UHGV virus genome: UHGV-0007927
Source of the DNA: a virus
Length of the DNA: 36,970 nt
Strand: one strand, 5' to 3'
A program made the position numbers and the translations under genes. Every line of letters starts with the position of its first letter. Positions within the stretch are counted from its first letter, which is position 1. Below, piece by piece: positions 1 to 8,778 of the stretch. The notes below the pieces were generated by a model. That model saw nothing but the letters and a program-made list of their open reading frames with translations. It was not told the DNA's origin and did not search any database.

Positions 1-96
1 GCTTCCATCGGAAACGATGATCTGGCAGCCTGAGTTCACAGATAAAACACTCTCCAGGAAACCCGGGGCGGTTCAAGATATGTATAAGCTTCGCTT

Positions 97-954
97 TCAA
101 AGTGGAGGCTCTGGTAGCGGCATCCAGTGAGTTATTTCATCGGCAAAGATATCTGAGTTAAGTTCCGTCCAACTATTCCAATACCCAGATTCATCCCACC
201 ATTTAACCTCGACATGCTCGCCATCGGTCACTAACACATCAGCATACCCTTTCGGCATTCGCTCACTACAGCTTATCCAACCATCCGGAGTTACCGGAAC
301 TTGCGGAATGGCTGTCTGCTCTCGAACGTCATTAGGCGCGATAGGTTCTGCTGCCAACTGACTGGCATATTTGTTAATGGTAACGATAAGCTCTTGCTCA
401 GCCTCATCCAGACAATCACAGATACCTCGCCTGTCACCGTCAAAATCATCGAAATCGGCACGAATCTTGGCAACCTTCTGGATTGCGGACAACACCTCAC
501 TAGGAATTACCGGATAGTTGGTTGACGTTTCCGCGATTTCACGAAAATTATTGGTTGACGAATTCTTGTTTTCCCGAAAGTTTCCGGACTGAAGCATGGC
601 TGCGCGATAGGCGTTCCAGCCGACAGCTTTTCCGTGTTCAAACGCGCTGTCAAAGTCATCATCCATTTCCATCGCATCAGGCACAGATACCGTCTCTGGA
701 GGGGCGGCGTAAAGCGGAGTTACGGTAATTTCGTACTCGTTTATATCCTCGTCGCTGATATTTGCGAAATAGCGAAGGATGCCTTTCTCTCCACGACTAC
801 GAGCGTCAGAGTCCTGAATGATATACGCCACAGGCTCTGCTTCCAGCGATGCCAGCGCAATTCGTGCCAGTTCCATTTGTTCGCCACGAGTAAGCCCGTT
901 TTCAAGCGGGGATTTAATGAACAATTCGATACGTTCTTTAGTGATAGTGCTCAT
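97..954 (-). CDS. ea-region protein with C-terminal DUF551-like domain
   Basis: ORF 97..996; start moved to ATG at 954, preceded by AAGGAG. C-terminus (WISCSERMPKG...HWMPLPEPP) resembles the DUF551 signature common in lambdoid early-left accessory genes. Confidence 0.55.
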   Translation of the reverse strand: MSTITKERIELFIKSPLENGLTRGEQMELARIALASLEAEPVAYIIQDSDARSRGEKGILRYFANISDEDINEYEITVTPLYAAPPETVSVPDAMEMDDDFDSAFEHGKAVGWNAYRAAMLQSGNFRENKNSSTNNFREIAETSTNYPVIPSEVLSAIQKVAKIRADFDDFDGDRRGICDCLDEAEQELIVTINKYASQLAAEPIAPNDVREQTAIPQVPVTPDGWISCSERMPKGYADVLVTDGEHVEVKWWDESGYWNSWTELNSDIFADEITHWMPLPEPPL

Positions 955-955
955 A

Positions 956-1606
956 TCACTCTCCTTTGATGCGAATGCCAGTAGCGCGGATTGCATCGAT
1001 GACTTCAGAAACTTTGTATGCCATTACCGTTTGGTAATCCTCGTGAAAATCTGTTCGATGAAGCATGCTGCTACGTTCTGGGAGCGATATTTCCCGCGCT
1101 TCCAGTTCAGCAATCCGCTTCTCTGCGGCTTCCAGCTTCTCGCGCATATCGTCAACGTACTCGACCAGAGATCCGCCAGCAGGAATTTCGCATTCCTCGA
1201 CCAGTTGGAAGTAGATATCAGCTGCGGCCCGTGTGTTGCTATGCCTAGCGTCGCCCATCTCACCTTCACGAAGAGCATCGCGTTCGGCGGTAAGATTGGC
1301 TATTTTGCTGTCTTTGCCTTCCAGCTCAACGCGCAGCTTCCCAACCGTAAGCGCAATATCCTCGTTCTCCTGGTCGCGGCGTTTGATGTATTGCTGGTTT
1401 CTTTCCCATTCATCCAGTAGTGCCAGCACGGTTTCTGGTCCGGCCAGAAATTTGAAGGCGTTGAGCGCATCAATATCCACACCGTAATCTTTAAGTTCCT
1501 GTTCACTTAACAAATCATCATCAACTGGCAACATTAACAGGCGTTCCATTGCCGGAATTGCACGCTCTGCCGCCTCACGCAGTGCCTGGTAATTAATTTC
1601 GCTCAC
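956..1606 (-). CDS. Ead/Ea22-like early-region protein with coiled-coil segments
   Basis: 216-aa ORF with a GTG start preceded by AAGGAGG; abuts the flanking genes; charged heptad-rich sequence typical of Ea22/Ead-family proteins. Confidence 0.45.
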   Translation of the reverse strand: MSEINYQALREAAERAIPAMERLLMLPVDDDLLSEQELKDYGVDIDALNAFKFLAGPETVLALLDEWERNQQYIKRRDQENEDIALTVGKLRVELEGKDSKIANLTAERDALREGEMGDARHSNTRAAADIYFQLVEECEIPAGGSLVEYVDDMREKLEAAEKRIAELEAREISLPERSSMLHRTDFHEDYQTVMAYKVSEVIDAIRATGIRIKGE

Positions 1607-1910
1607 TGGTTGCCTCCTTTGCTGGGCTTTCTATCTTCTGAGTGGTTGTATCAAACTCAAACAACTTAACCACGTCATCAAACAGGACATAATCGCCATC
1701 AGAATCTTCAGTCATGTCAGCGCCACAATCCTGACCGAACGAGTCACAACCATCCATATCAAGCTCGTATCGCTTGAGTTTTGCGATATTTGATAAATTC
1801 AGCGCCAGTACAGCCAGGTCATAAACCTCGTCAGCGGTATACCCTGCACCATGCCCATACATTTCAATGCGGGATATGATTTCTTCTACACGTTGTTTTG
1901 TGATTGTCAT
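1593..1910 (-). CDS. hypothetical early-region protein with acidic C-terminal half
   Basis: ORF 1593..1928; likely start at ATG 1910 (GGAG upstream). No family recognised. Confidence 0.4.
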   Translation of the reverse strand: MTITKQRVEEIISRIEMYGHGAGYTADEVYDLAVLALNLSNIAKLKRYELDMDGCDSFGQDCGADMTEDSDGDYVLFDDVVKLFEFDTTTQKIESPAKEATSERN

Positions 1911-2104
1911 TTTTTCCCACTCCGCCACATTGCATTCAGATATTTGTTGTCATTAACAGAACAGAAACTATTTCTCTTAAGCAATTCCTCTCTCGATGGC
2001 ATTGGCTTTACGCGTTGGCGAATAATCATTTCTGCCGGAAGAATGCCGGGATTGTATGCAAGTCCTCTCATGGTAAATTCCTCAGTCATTACTGATAGCG
2101 CCAT
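1907..2104 (-). CDS. hypothetical small protein (65 aa)
   Basis: Compact ORF in the leftward operon that overlaps both neighbours in operon-like fashion; no motif recognised. Confidence 0.3.
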   Translation of the reverse strand: MALSVMTEEFTMRGLAYNPGILPAEMIIRQRVKPMPSREELLKRNSFCSVNDNKYLNAMWRSGKK

Positions 2105-2378
2105 AGCGTGAGCGGTAATTACGCAGGCGCGGGTCGATATATTCAGGGAATTTGTCTATTGTCGCTTTTCGCAGCGGTCTCATTGCTGTTTCGTTTGTTC
2201 GGTCCTTCTCCTGTTTTAGCGCGAGTTGTATATCGCGTCGGTACATCCGTTCTGCTTTTGTTTCTGGTGTCAGAGCAAGAAACGCGTCGAAATTGTTTTT
2301 GATATTTTCCAGCACCTCCGCCTTGGAGCTACCGGAGCAATTGCGCGGGTCATCCGCACCATACAGAGGCGCTGGCAT
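2082..2378 (-). CDS. small basic protein in the anti-RecBCD (abc) position downstream of erf/ssb; possible Abc2-like
   Basis: 98-aa ORF with ATG start; its position immediately downstream of the Erf/SSB module matches the abc genes of P22-like phages. The homology itself is not verified. Confidence 0.35.
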   Translation of the reverse strand: MPAPLYGADDPRNCSGSSKAEVLENIKNNFDAFLALTPETKAERMYRRDIQLALKQEKDRTNETAMRPLRKATIDKFPEYIDPRLRNYRSRYGAISND

Positions 2379-2401
2379 AATGGGAGCCTTATGTTGCTAA
2401 T

Positions 2402-2785
2402 TTAGAAGGGAATTGAATCGTCGTATACAGGAGTGTTCTGCTGGTTACTACTTTGCTGCTGCGGGCCATTTCCTGAAGCTGCAAATCCAATCTTTGCATT
2501 CAGTAATTCAAGAGTGATTGATTGACCATTTTGCCCCTGATAAACATCAACCCTGATGTTTTCTCCGGTAATTTCCACAATGCCACCTTCAACAAGAACA
2601 CTACGGTAGTAATCCGCTTGCGCTCCCGGCTTGGCAAATACAACGGCGCTGTAGTTTGTCCATTCTTTCTTTTTTGTCTGGCGATCGTAATACTGAACGC
2701 CAGCACGGATGTTGAATCCGATATTTTCCACGGCCTGAAACTCTCTTGCGGGCTTGTTTAGTCTTACAGTAATCGAATGTGCCAT
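2402..2785 (-). CDS. single-stranded DNA-binding protein-like, with SSB-type acidic C-terminal tail
   Basis: 127 aa ending ...PVYDDSIPF, which resembles the conserved SSB C-terminal tip (E. coli SSB ends DDDIPF); Gln/Gly/Asn-rich linker before the tail; AAGGAG RBS; start overlaps the erf stop (TAATG). Confidence 0.6.
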   Translation of the reverse strand: MAHSITVRLNKPAREFQAVENIGFNIRAGVQYYDRQTKKKEWTNYSAVVFAKPGAQADYYRSVLVEGGIVEITGENIRVDVYQGQNGQSITLELLNAKIGFAASGNGPQQQSSNQQNTPVYDDSIPF

Positions 2786-3390
2786 TAAGCAGCAGCTCCT
2801 TCTAATTCGTCTCGTCTGATGTTGTAAACGTCCTGCGCTTTGTGCTGCTCAGGTGTGCCTTCGAGCATCTTCCACGCTTTGGCGAACGCCTGTTTAAGCT
2901 CTTCTACGGTGTTTTTCTGCATTGCTGCGTCAGTGAATGCTTTTAGAACCTGTTCAGGTGTAGGTGATGGTTTTGATTGCTTTGCTGCTGCGTTCTGCTG
3001 ATGTTTATGCTCGTCTGTATCTGCATCTTTCGCATCATCAATGCCGAACAAACCATTGAGGCAATACTTGCGTGCATAAGAGCTTGTAGCTCCCGTAACT
3101 TGTGCAGAATCCATTCCTTTCTTGCTTTCTTCCTCTCGTGCAAGAGCGGTTGCCGTATGGCTGTTTTCGCCATCGGTAATAGTTGCCGTGGCTTTCACGT
3201 AATACCGATCACCAATCAACACAACTTCATCGCTGATTGATAAAAACAGACCATTCAGTAACGGCTTAACGCCTTCAAGAATATCTTCGCAGCTTCTGTA
3301 TTTATATTTACCGAATGAGTTGTACTGATTCTTTGGCGCGTTCAGATTCTCCTGAATAGCTGCCAGTCTTGCGTAAAATTCTTTGCTCAT
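2785..3390 (-). CDS. erf: Erf-family single-strand annealing recombinase
   Basis: ORF 2785..3420 begins with TTG; the ATG at 3390 gives MSKEFYARLAAIQENLNAPKNQYNSFGKYKYRSCEDILEGVKPLL..., matching the P22 Erf N-terminus as I remember it; about 201 aa. Confidence 0.8.
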   Translation of the reverse strand: MSKEFYARLAAIQENLNAPKNQYNSFGKYKYRSCEDILEGVKPLLNGLFLSISDEVVLIGDRYYVKATATITDGENSHTATALAREEESKKGMDSAQVTGATSSYARKYCLNGLFGIDDAKDADTDEHKHQQNAAAKQSKPSPTPEQVLKAFTDAAMQKNTVEELKQAFAKAWKMLEGTPEQHKAQDVYNIRRDELEGAAA

Positions 3391-3479
3391 ATGATTGTTC
3401 TCAGAATGGACATGGACCAAGGAAATAACGCTGATTTAATACTTCGGTCTTTGCCGCATTTAAAAAGACGCGAACACCT

Positions 3480-3650
3480 TCACGATCGCCCTTCTGGCGA
3501 TACATTAACGCCTGCTGCGTGTACATGCGCCTCTGTAACTTGCTCTCCTTCACTGTGGTTGCAAGTGACATGAATATCTCCTTCGTTACCGATTAATTCT
3601 TTCATCTGACGAATGAATTCTTCGTCTGACCAGTTATCTGTAAAACTCAT
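3480..3650 (-). CDS. small hypothetical protein in the kil/arf position
   Basis: ORF 3480..3665 (GTG); more likely ATG at 3650 preceded by AGGAA; 56 aa. Sits between the cIII-like gene and erf. Confidence 0.3.
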   Translation of the reverse strand: MSFTDNWSDEEFIRQMKELIGNEGDIHVTCNHSEGEQVTEAHVHAAGVNVSPEGRS

Positions 3651-3783
3651 TTCCTGCGATACCACGGAAGGTTGATAGCTGATTTCATCGCTTTATTTGC
3701 TTCAAGCCACATTTTTGAATCACCAATAAATCTGGCTATTACTGCTTTGTTTTGTGCCGCACGAAGCATCTGGTGATTGATGG

Positions 3784-3918
3784 CTATTTCATTGCGCATA
3801 ACGCCTCCAGTTGTTTCTTTGCTGCTCTGATTAATTGTTTAACTCGGCGTGATAATTCAGATTCGTGCGGGTAGAAAGCGGACATGACGCCGCTACCCGC
3901 GAGCTGAAAGTGCATCAT
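3784..3918 (-). CDS. cIII: cIII-like regulator (FtsH inhibitor family)
   Basis: Internal start MMHFQLAGSGVMSAFYPHESELSRRVKQLIRAAKKQLEAL with GGAG 6 nt upstream; amphipathic central helix resembles lambda CIII (ESLLERITRKLRDGWKRLIDIL); position between N and the recombination genes. Confidence 0.55.
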   Translation of the reverse strand: MMHFQLAGSGVMSAFYPHESELSRRVKQLIRAAKKQLEALCAMK

Positions 3919-3983
3919 GGGTAACTCCTTATATTTGATTGCATAACGAAAACGCCTCGAATGAAGCGTTATTGGTATGCATA

Positions 3984-4008
3984 TAAAAAGGCCCTCACAC
4001 TGGAGGGC
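3984..4008 (-). terminator. intrinsic terminator (tL-like) upstream of the cIII-like gene
   Basis: Minus-strand hairpin GCCCTC-cagtgt-GAGGGC followed by CTTTTT. Confidence 0.5.
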
Positions 4009-4127
4009 AAAGAAGATTTCCAATAATCAGAACAAGTCGGCTCCTGTTTAGTTACGAGCGACATTGCTCCGTGTATTCACTCGTTGGAATGAATACACAG
4101 TGCAGTGTTTATTCTGTTGTTTATGCT

Positions 4128-4152
4128 AAAAATAAAGGCCGAATATTCGGCC
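4128..4152 (-). terminator. intrinsic terminator directly after the membrane-protein gene
   Basis: Perfect 16-bp palindrome GGCCGAATATTCGGCC followed on the minus strand by TTTATTTTT, 5 nt after the stop at 4158. Confidence 0.6.
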
Positions 4153-4157
4153 TGAAA

Positions 4158-4580
4158 TTACTTAACCAATGACGCTGCATATTCAATTAGGAATAACTTA
4201 GGTGCAAGCCAAATCTTCAACCATTCGAAATTGAAGGCAATAATTAAAACACCAATAATTGAGCCAAATATAGGAGCAAATACAGTGCATATATCGTAAT
4301 AAAACGAAGATATAAAATATCCATCACTTGGACATCCATCGAAAGACGTCCATCTCTCGCCATTATTTCTTGCCGTTCTTGCAAAACTAGGAAGTTTCAT
4401 TGCTGCAATTAAAAGCAACAACCCAGTCACTTGGAAAAGTGCGCTATGGACAAAACTCCATATTAGCAACTGATGAACAACATCAGGAATCTGTGCCTGG
4501 CTAAATGAAACAGCCGCGTCTATTCCATTGCTGGCTTTTTGCAGTAGTTCTACGAGAATCTTGTTTGCTTGTTCTTCCAT
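4158..4580 (-). CDS. two-TM membrane protein, accessory gene between N and cIII (ral/sieB position)
   Basis: 140 aa, ATG with GAGGT RBS; hydrophobic segments VHQLLIWSFVHSALFQVTGLLLLIAAM and ICTVFAPIFGSIIGVLIIAF; visibly AT-rich; own terminator downstream. Confidence 0.6.
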   Translation of the reverse strand: MEEQANKILVELLQKASNGIDAAVSFSQAQIPDVVHQLLIWSFVHSALFQVTGLLLLIAAMKLPSFARTARNNGERWTSFDGCPSDGYFISSFYYDICTVFAPIFGSIIGVLIIAFNFEWLKIWLAPKLFLIEYAASLVK

Positions 4581-4638
4581 ATATCACCTCAAATAAGTGG
4601 TTTGCTGCCTAATTTCATTTTCTGGCGACCAACACAAG

Positions 4639-5022
4639 TCATCTCGCCGTCAGTTGTTTTGATTTCCGGTATCCTGCTGCGTAAAGAGCTACATCTGGAA
4701 GACATACACCAGTTTCTGGTTGCTTATGTCCAAACTCATTCGCGAACACAATGGCCGCTCGCTCCAGATTGCGTCTGTATTCTTTCTGTTGCCAGATCAC
4801 GTCCTGTGCCATGAACTTAATTGGCTTAGCGTCTTCTATGCGCTCAGGCGTTTCGTGAGTACCTTTAGCCTGAATCTGCGCTCTGCTTAGAGTAGGGCGG
4901 TGTAATACTTCTGAACTTATTGCTTCTTCGCGGGCCAGCACGCCGTTAGCTAATGCCTTTGCCTTTAAACGCTCACGACGACGAGAACGTGAATTGCCTT
5001 TGAACTGAGTTCTGCGTGTCAT
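4639..5022 (-). CDS. N: N-like transcription antiterminator
   Basis: 127 aa; arginine-rich N-terminal motif (NSRSRRRERLKAKA); C-terminus ...VALYAAGYRKSKQLTAR resembles P22 gene-24-type N proteins; strong CAGGAGG RBS; first gene downstream of PL. Confidence 0.8.
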   Translation of the reverse strand: MTRRTQFKGNSRSRRRERLKAKALANGVLAREEAISSEVLHRPTLSRAQIQAKGTHETPERIEDAKPIKFMAQDVIWQQKEYRRNLERAAIVFANEFGHKQPETGVCLPDVALYAAGYRKSKQLTAR

Positions 5023-5187
5023 ATAGACCTCCTGATGAACTTTGGTGGTGTGGTAGGTGGGAGACCCATTTCGACCTGTTTCGGCCTACTTCAATTCGGC
5101 AATAGTCCCGCAGGCCTCGCCGCTTTACGTGCGACATATTCCCGTCCATGAACCCTTCACCACACCCCAAAGTTCACTTTGGTTATT

Positions 5188-5202
5188 GCGCTTTGTCAGC
5201 GC
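5188..5202 (-). promoter_or_regulatory. nutL boxB-like hairpin
   Basis: Minus strand reads GCGCTGACAAAGCGC, matching the P22-type boxB as I remember it; lies between PL and N. No boxA found. Confidence 0.55.
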
Positions 5203-5263
5203 CGTAGATTCATATTCGAATCGTTGTATATTCACCGCCCTGGTGAGTAGTGCGTCCTGCTGA

Positions 5264-5333
5264 TGTGTTTAGTATCACCGCCAGTGGTATTTATGTCAAC
5301 ACCGCCAGAGATAATTTATCACCGCAGATGGTT
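5264..5333 (-). promoter_or_regulatory. lambda-type PL promoter with operators OL1-OL3
   Basis: TATCACCGCCAGTGGTA (5273..5289), CAACACCGCCAGAGATA (5297..5313) and TATCACCGCAGATGGTT (5317..5333) match lambda OL1/OL2/OL3 from memory; minus-strand -35 TTGACA (5299..5294) and -10 GATACT (5276..5271). Confidence 0.85.
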
Positions 5334-5490
5334 ATCTGTATGTTTTTTATATAGATTTATTTTTTTGCAGGGGTGTGTGGCTTGGGAGGTGATCGAGAGA
5401 TCTGAATTGCGATGTTTAGTGAGTTGTATTTATTAATTTTCAAATAAATACAATTGGTTATGTGTTATTGGGTGAAGGGGATCGTGAGGC

Positions 5491-5516
5491 AAAGAAAACC
5501 CGGCGCTGAGGCCGGG
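5491..5516 (-). terminator. intrinsic terminator closing the cI-downstream cassette
   Basis: Minus-strand hairpin CCCGGCctcagcGCCGGG followed by TTTTCTTT, immediately after the stop at 5524. Confidence 0.6.
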
Positions 5517-5523
5517 TTGTGTG

Positions 5524-5775
5524 TTACTTAAGAACGAGTCCGTTTAAGGCATCAAGGATTTTGGAAACATAACTTCCAAAAATGTAGGCGCAAAATGCGA
5601 ACACGAAACTGACAACGACCGCAGATGCCTTGATGGTGATTTTTGCTGAGCTAATGCTTGTCTCAATACCTGACAGACGAGAATCTACAGATTTTATATC
5701 TGACTTTACTTCAGCGAGATCGCGCTTGATGTATTCAACATCAGACTCTAGCTTTGCAACTCTAGCCTCAAGCAT
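5524..5775 (-). CDS. small coiled-coil protein with C-terminal transmembrane anchor (rex-position cassette, gene 2)
   Basis: ORF 5524..5895; the ATG at 5775 has a strong GGAGGT RBS and gives 83 aa: MLEARVAKLESDVEYIKRDLAEVKSDIKSVDSRL... then hydrophobic ASAVVVSFVFAFCAYIFGSYV. The upstream ATG at 5895 (123 aa) has only a weak RBS. AT-rich. Confidence 0.55.
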   Translation of the reverse strand: MLEARVAKLESDVEYIKRDLAEVKSDIKSVDSRLSGIETSISSAKITIKASAVVVSFVFAFCAYIFGSYVSKILDALNGLVLK

Positions 5776-5881
5776 GTTACCTCCGCCGTTTCCTCCACCA
5801 TGCCGTGAGTATGCATCATCAGTGGAATAGTGTCCAATTGGGCGAGATATGTTTTGATTTGGACGAAGCTGAGCAACCTTG

Positions 5882-6319
5882 TTATCTAAACTCATCGCGA
5901 ACTGATCCTGTTATCTTCACGTCAAAAAACGAACTTTTTACATCAATTACTTCGCCTTTATCAGGATTAACCAGTGATGCTCTAACTTCGAATATCCCAG
6001 GCTTGATAATTTTCACCCTTGGGAAGTTAATTCTCATAGAAGTTGATACGATGGTTTCTCCATCGTTGGCTTCTGCTACCGTAAAAAACTTATGGTTGGA
6101 GTACAGTTTTGTGTCAATTGGTATCGGTATTTCTTGAGCATTGAAAACCTCAATGCCTATGGAATATTTTTTTGTAGCCTTAAGGCCGATAAAAAAAGCT
6201 CCAAATGATAGATCCACTTCATGGGAGTCTTTATCCATTTCATAGATAAGAACTGGAGTTACTGGGTTGCCTTCATCCATCGCAATCGGAATGATATAAG
6301 AAATACGTTCTTTAATCAT
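5882..6319 (-). CDS. hypothetical soluble protein (rex-position cassette, gene 1)
   Basis: 145 aa; ATG 7 nt after the cI stop; no TM segments and no motif recognised; AT-rich; does not resemble RexA (about 279 aa) or RexB (four TM helices). Confidence 0.55.
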   Translation of the reverse strand: MIKERISYIIPIAMDEGNPVTPVLIYEMDKDSHEVDLSFGAFFIGLKATKKYSIGIEVFNAQEIPIPIDTKLYSNHKFFTVAEANDGETIVSTSMRINFPRVKIIKPGIFEVRASLVNPDKGEVIDVKSSFFDVKITGSVRDEFR

Positions 6320-6326
6320 TTACGTG

Positions 6327-7125
<799 letters not shown>

Positions 7126-7131
7126 TACTAA

Positions 7132-7341
<210 letters not shown>

Positions 7342-7348
7342 GTAACAC

Positions 7349-7394
7349 CGCTATTTTCACAATGGACATTCGTCCTACGTCGCTGACAAAGCGA
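7349..7394 (+). promoter_or_regulatory. nutR-like site (boxA-like CGCTATTTT plus boxB-like hairpin)
   Basis: TCGCTGACAAAGCGA hairpin (7380..7394), same loop as the nutL boxB; CGCTATTTT (7349..7357) resembles boxA; located between cro and the cII-like gene. Confidence 0.45.
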
Positions 7395-7479
7395 GTCCCA
7401 AGATATCTGACCAACTAAGGCCATATGCGTTTCCACGCATACCTTTCAACTAACTATTCACTATTGGAAATATTAAGAA

Positions 7480-7776
7480 ATGACACAAACAAGTTACAGC
7501 AAACTATCCCAGCGCGACGTTGATCGCGCAGAAACGGATTTACTCATCAACCTGTCAACGCTTACCCAGCGCGGTCTGGCAAAGATGATTGGCTGTCATG
7601 AATCGAAGATAAGCAGAACAGACTGGAGGTTTATAGCTTCGGTCTTGTGTGCTTTCGGAATGGCATCAGACATCAGTCCGATTAGCAGGGCTTTTAAGTA
7701 TGCGCTTGATGAAATCACAAAGAAAAAATCCCCGGCCGCCACCGAGGATTTTAAGCAAATTGATATGCAATTCTGA
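7480..7776 (+). CDS. cII-like transcriptional activator
   Basis: 98 aa in the cII position; HTH-like segment (TQRGLAKMIGCHESKISR) and a C-terminal ...KKKSPAATEDFKQIDMQF resembling the lambda CII tail (...KKRPAATERSEQIQMEF). Confidence 0.6.
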   Translation: MTQTSYSKLSQRDVDRAETDLLINLSTLTQRGLAKMIGCHESKISRTDWRFIASVLCAFGMASDISPISRAFKYALDEITKKKSPAATEDFKQIDMQF

Positions 7777-7808
7777 GGGAATTACTGGATCAATCCACAG
7801 GAGTAATT

Positions 7809-7967
7809 ATGACAAAACGTCGTAAGAAATACCAGGAAAAAGAAGAGATTCGACACCCTGATTCACCTGAGGGATTAGTGGTAGCCGCAGCAAATAACAG
7901 GGCGTTCGCAGAGCGCCTTGTTGGTGTTTACAGACCTGCCAAAGCAGGAGTGAAGCATGGGCGTCGT
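7809..7967 (+). CDS. small basic hypothetical protein (52 aa), below the ORF-track cutoff
   Basis: ATG at 7809 with ACAGGAG RBS 5 nt upstream; [53 protein letters not shown]; overlaps the start of the O-like gene. Confidence 0.35.
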
Positions 7968-8778
7968 TAAGTTAGCTGATTACTGGCCTCAACTGGAGGT
8001 CGTGGAGCATCGCGTGGCAGATACCGAAGATGGTTTCATGCGCGTTGCTAACGAGATTACCGACAGTCTGCTGATGGCTGATTTAACCGTCCGGCAGCTG
8101 AAGGTGATGCTCGCTATCATGCGCAAGACATACGGATTCAATAAGCCGATGGATCGACTCACAAACACGCAGATAGCAGCCATGACAGGTATTCATCACA
8201 CTCATGTTTGCGCTGCCAAGCGCCAGCTTATCGAGCGTAAATTCCTCATTGCTGATGGCGTGAAAATCGGAGTGAACAAGGTGGTTTCTCAGTGGATTAG
8301 CCAGGACAGCTTAACATTAGCTAAAACAGCTAATAAAACATTAGCCGAGTCGGCTAATGGGTATAAGCCAAGTCAGCTAAACACAAAAGACAATATACAA
8401 AAGACAATAAATACAAATACCCCCTTACCCCCTAACGGGGGAGGCGATGGGCAGGTTAAACCTGAACGTCGCAAGGCAGAACGAATCGACTACGAATCCT
8501 TCCTGAACGCCTACAACACCGAAGTCGGTGACAGACTTCCACATGCTGTTGCGGTCAACGAGAAACGCAAACGCCGCCTGAAGAAAATCATCCCGCAACT
8601 GAAAACGCCAAACGTGGACGGTTTCAGAGCGTATGTCAGGGCGTTTGTGCATCAGGCCAAGCCGTTTTACTTCGGAGACAACGACACTGGCTGGACGGCA
8701 GATTTTGATTACCTGCTGAGGGAAGATTCGTTAACGGGAGTACGGGAAGGGAAGTTTGCAGACAGGGGGATTGCATGA
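7957..8778 (+). CDS. replication initiator, lambda O-like
   Basis: N-terminal domain ...[36 protein letters not shown]... parallels lambda O (...LTKRQFKVLLAILRKTYGWNKPMDRITDSQLSEITK...); GGAG RBS; origin-like repeats inside the gene. Confidence 0.8.
   Translation: MGVVKLADYWPQLEVVEHRVADTEDGFMRVANEITDSLLMADLTVRQLKVMLAIMRKTYGFNKPMDRLTNTQIAAMTGIHHTHVCAAKRQLIERKFLIADGVKIGVNKVVSQWISQDSLTLAKTANKTLAESANGYKPSQLNTKDNIQKTINTNTPLPPNGGGDGQVKPERRKAERIDYESFLNAYNTEVGDRLPHAVAVNEKRKRRLKKIIPQLKTPNVDGFRAYVRAFVHQAKPFYFGDNDTGWTADFDYLLREDSLTGVREGKFADRGIA
8317..8420. other. putative replication origin inside the O-like gene (palindromic iterons plus AT-rich tract)
   Basis: TTAGCTaaaacAGCTAA (8317..8333) and TTAGCCgagtcGGCTAA (8341..8357), a further AGCTAA copy, then an A-rich tract with direct repeat AAAAGACAATA x2 (about 8385..8420). 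Confidence 0.5.

Noticed and set aside
818-1420. 200-aa plus-strand ORF across the ea region
   Set aside because: Entirely antisense to two well-supported minus-strand genes; Ser/Ala/Arg-rich low-complexity translation and no RBS, so a shadow ORF.
2082-2378. Confident naming of the 98-aa protein as Abc2
   Set aside because: Position and size fit the P22 abc region, but I cannot verify the sequence from memory, so it is kept as a tentative call only.
5166-5181. Palindrome CCAAAGTtcACTTTGG in the N leader
   Set aside because: A 2-nt loop is too tight for a stable RNA hairpin and no known site matches; possibly fortuitous.
5776-5895. Longer 123-aa form of the small membrane protein starting at 5895
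   Set aside because: Not excluded, but the ATG at 5775 has a much stronger GGAGGT RBS; the Gly-rich stretch of the long form is the Shine-Dalgarno sequence read in frame.
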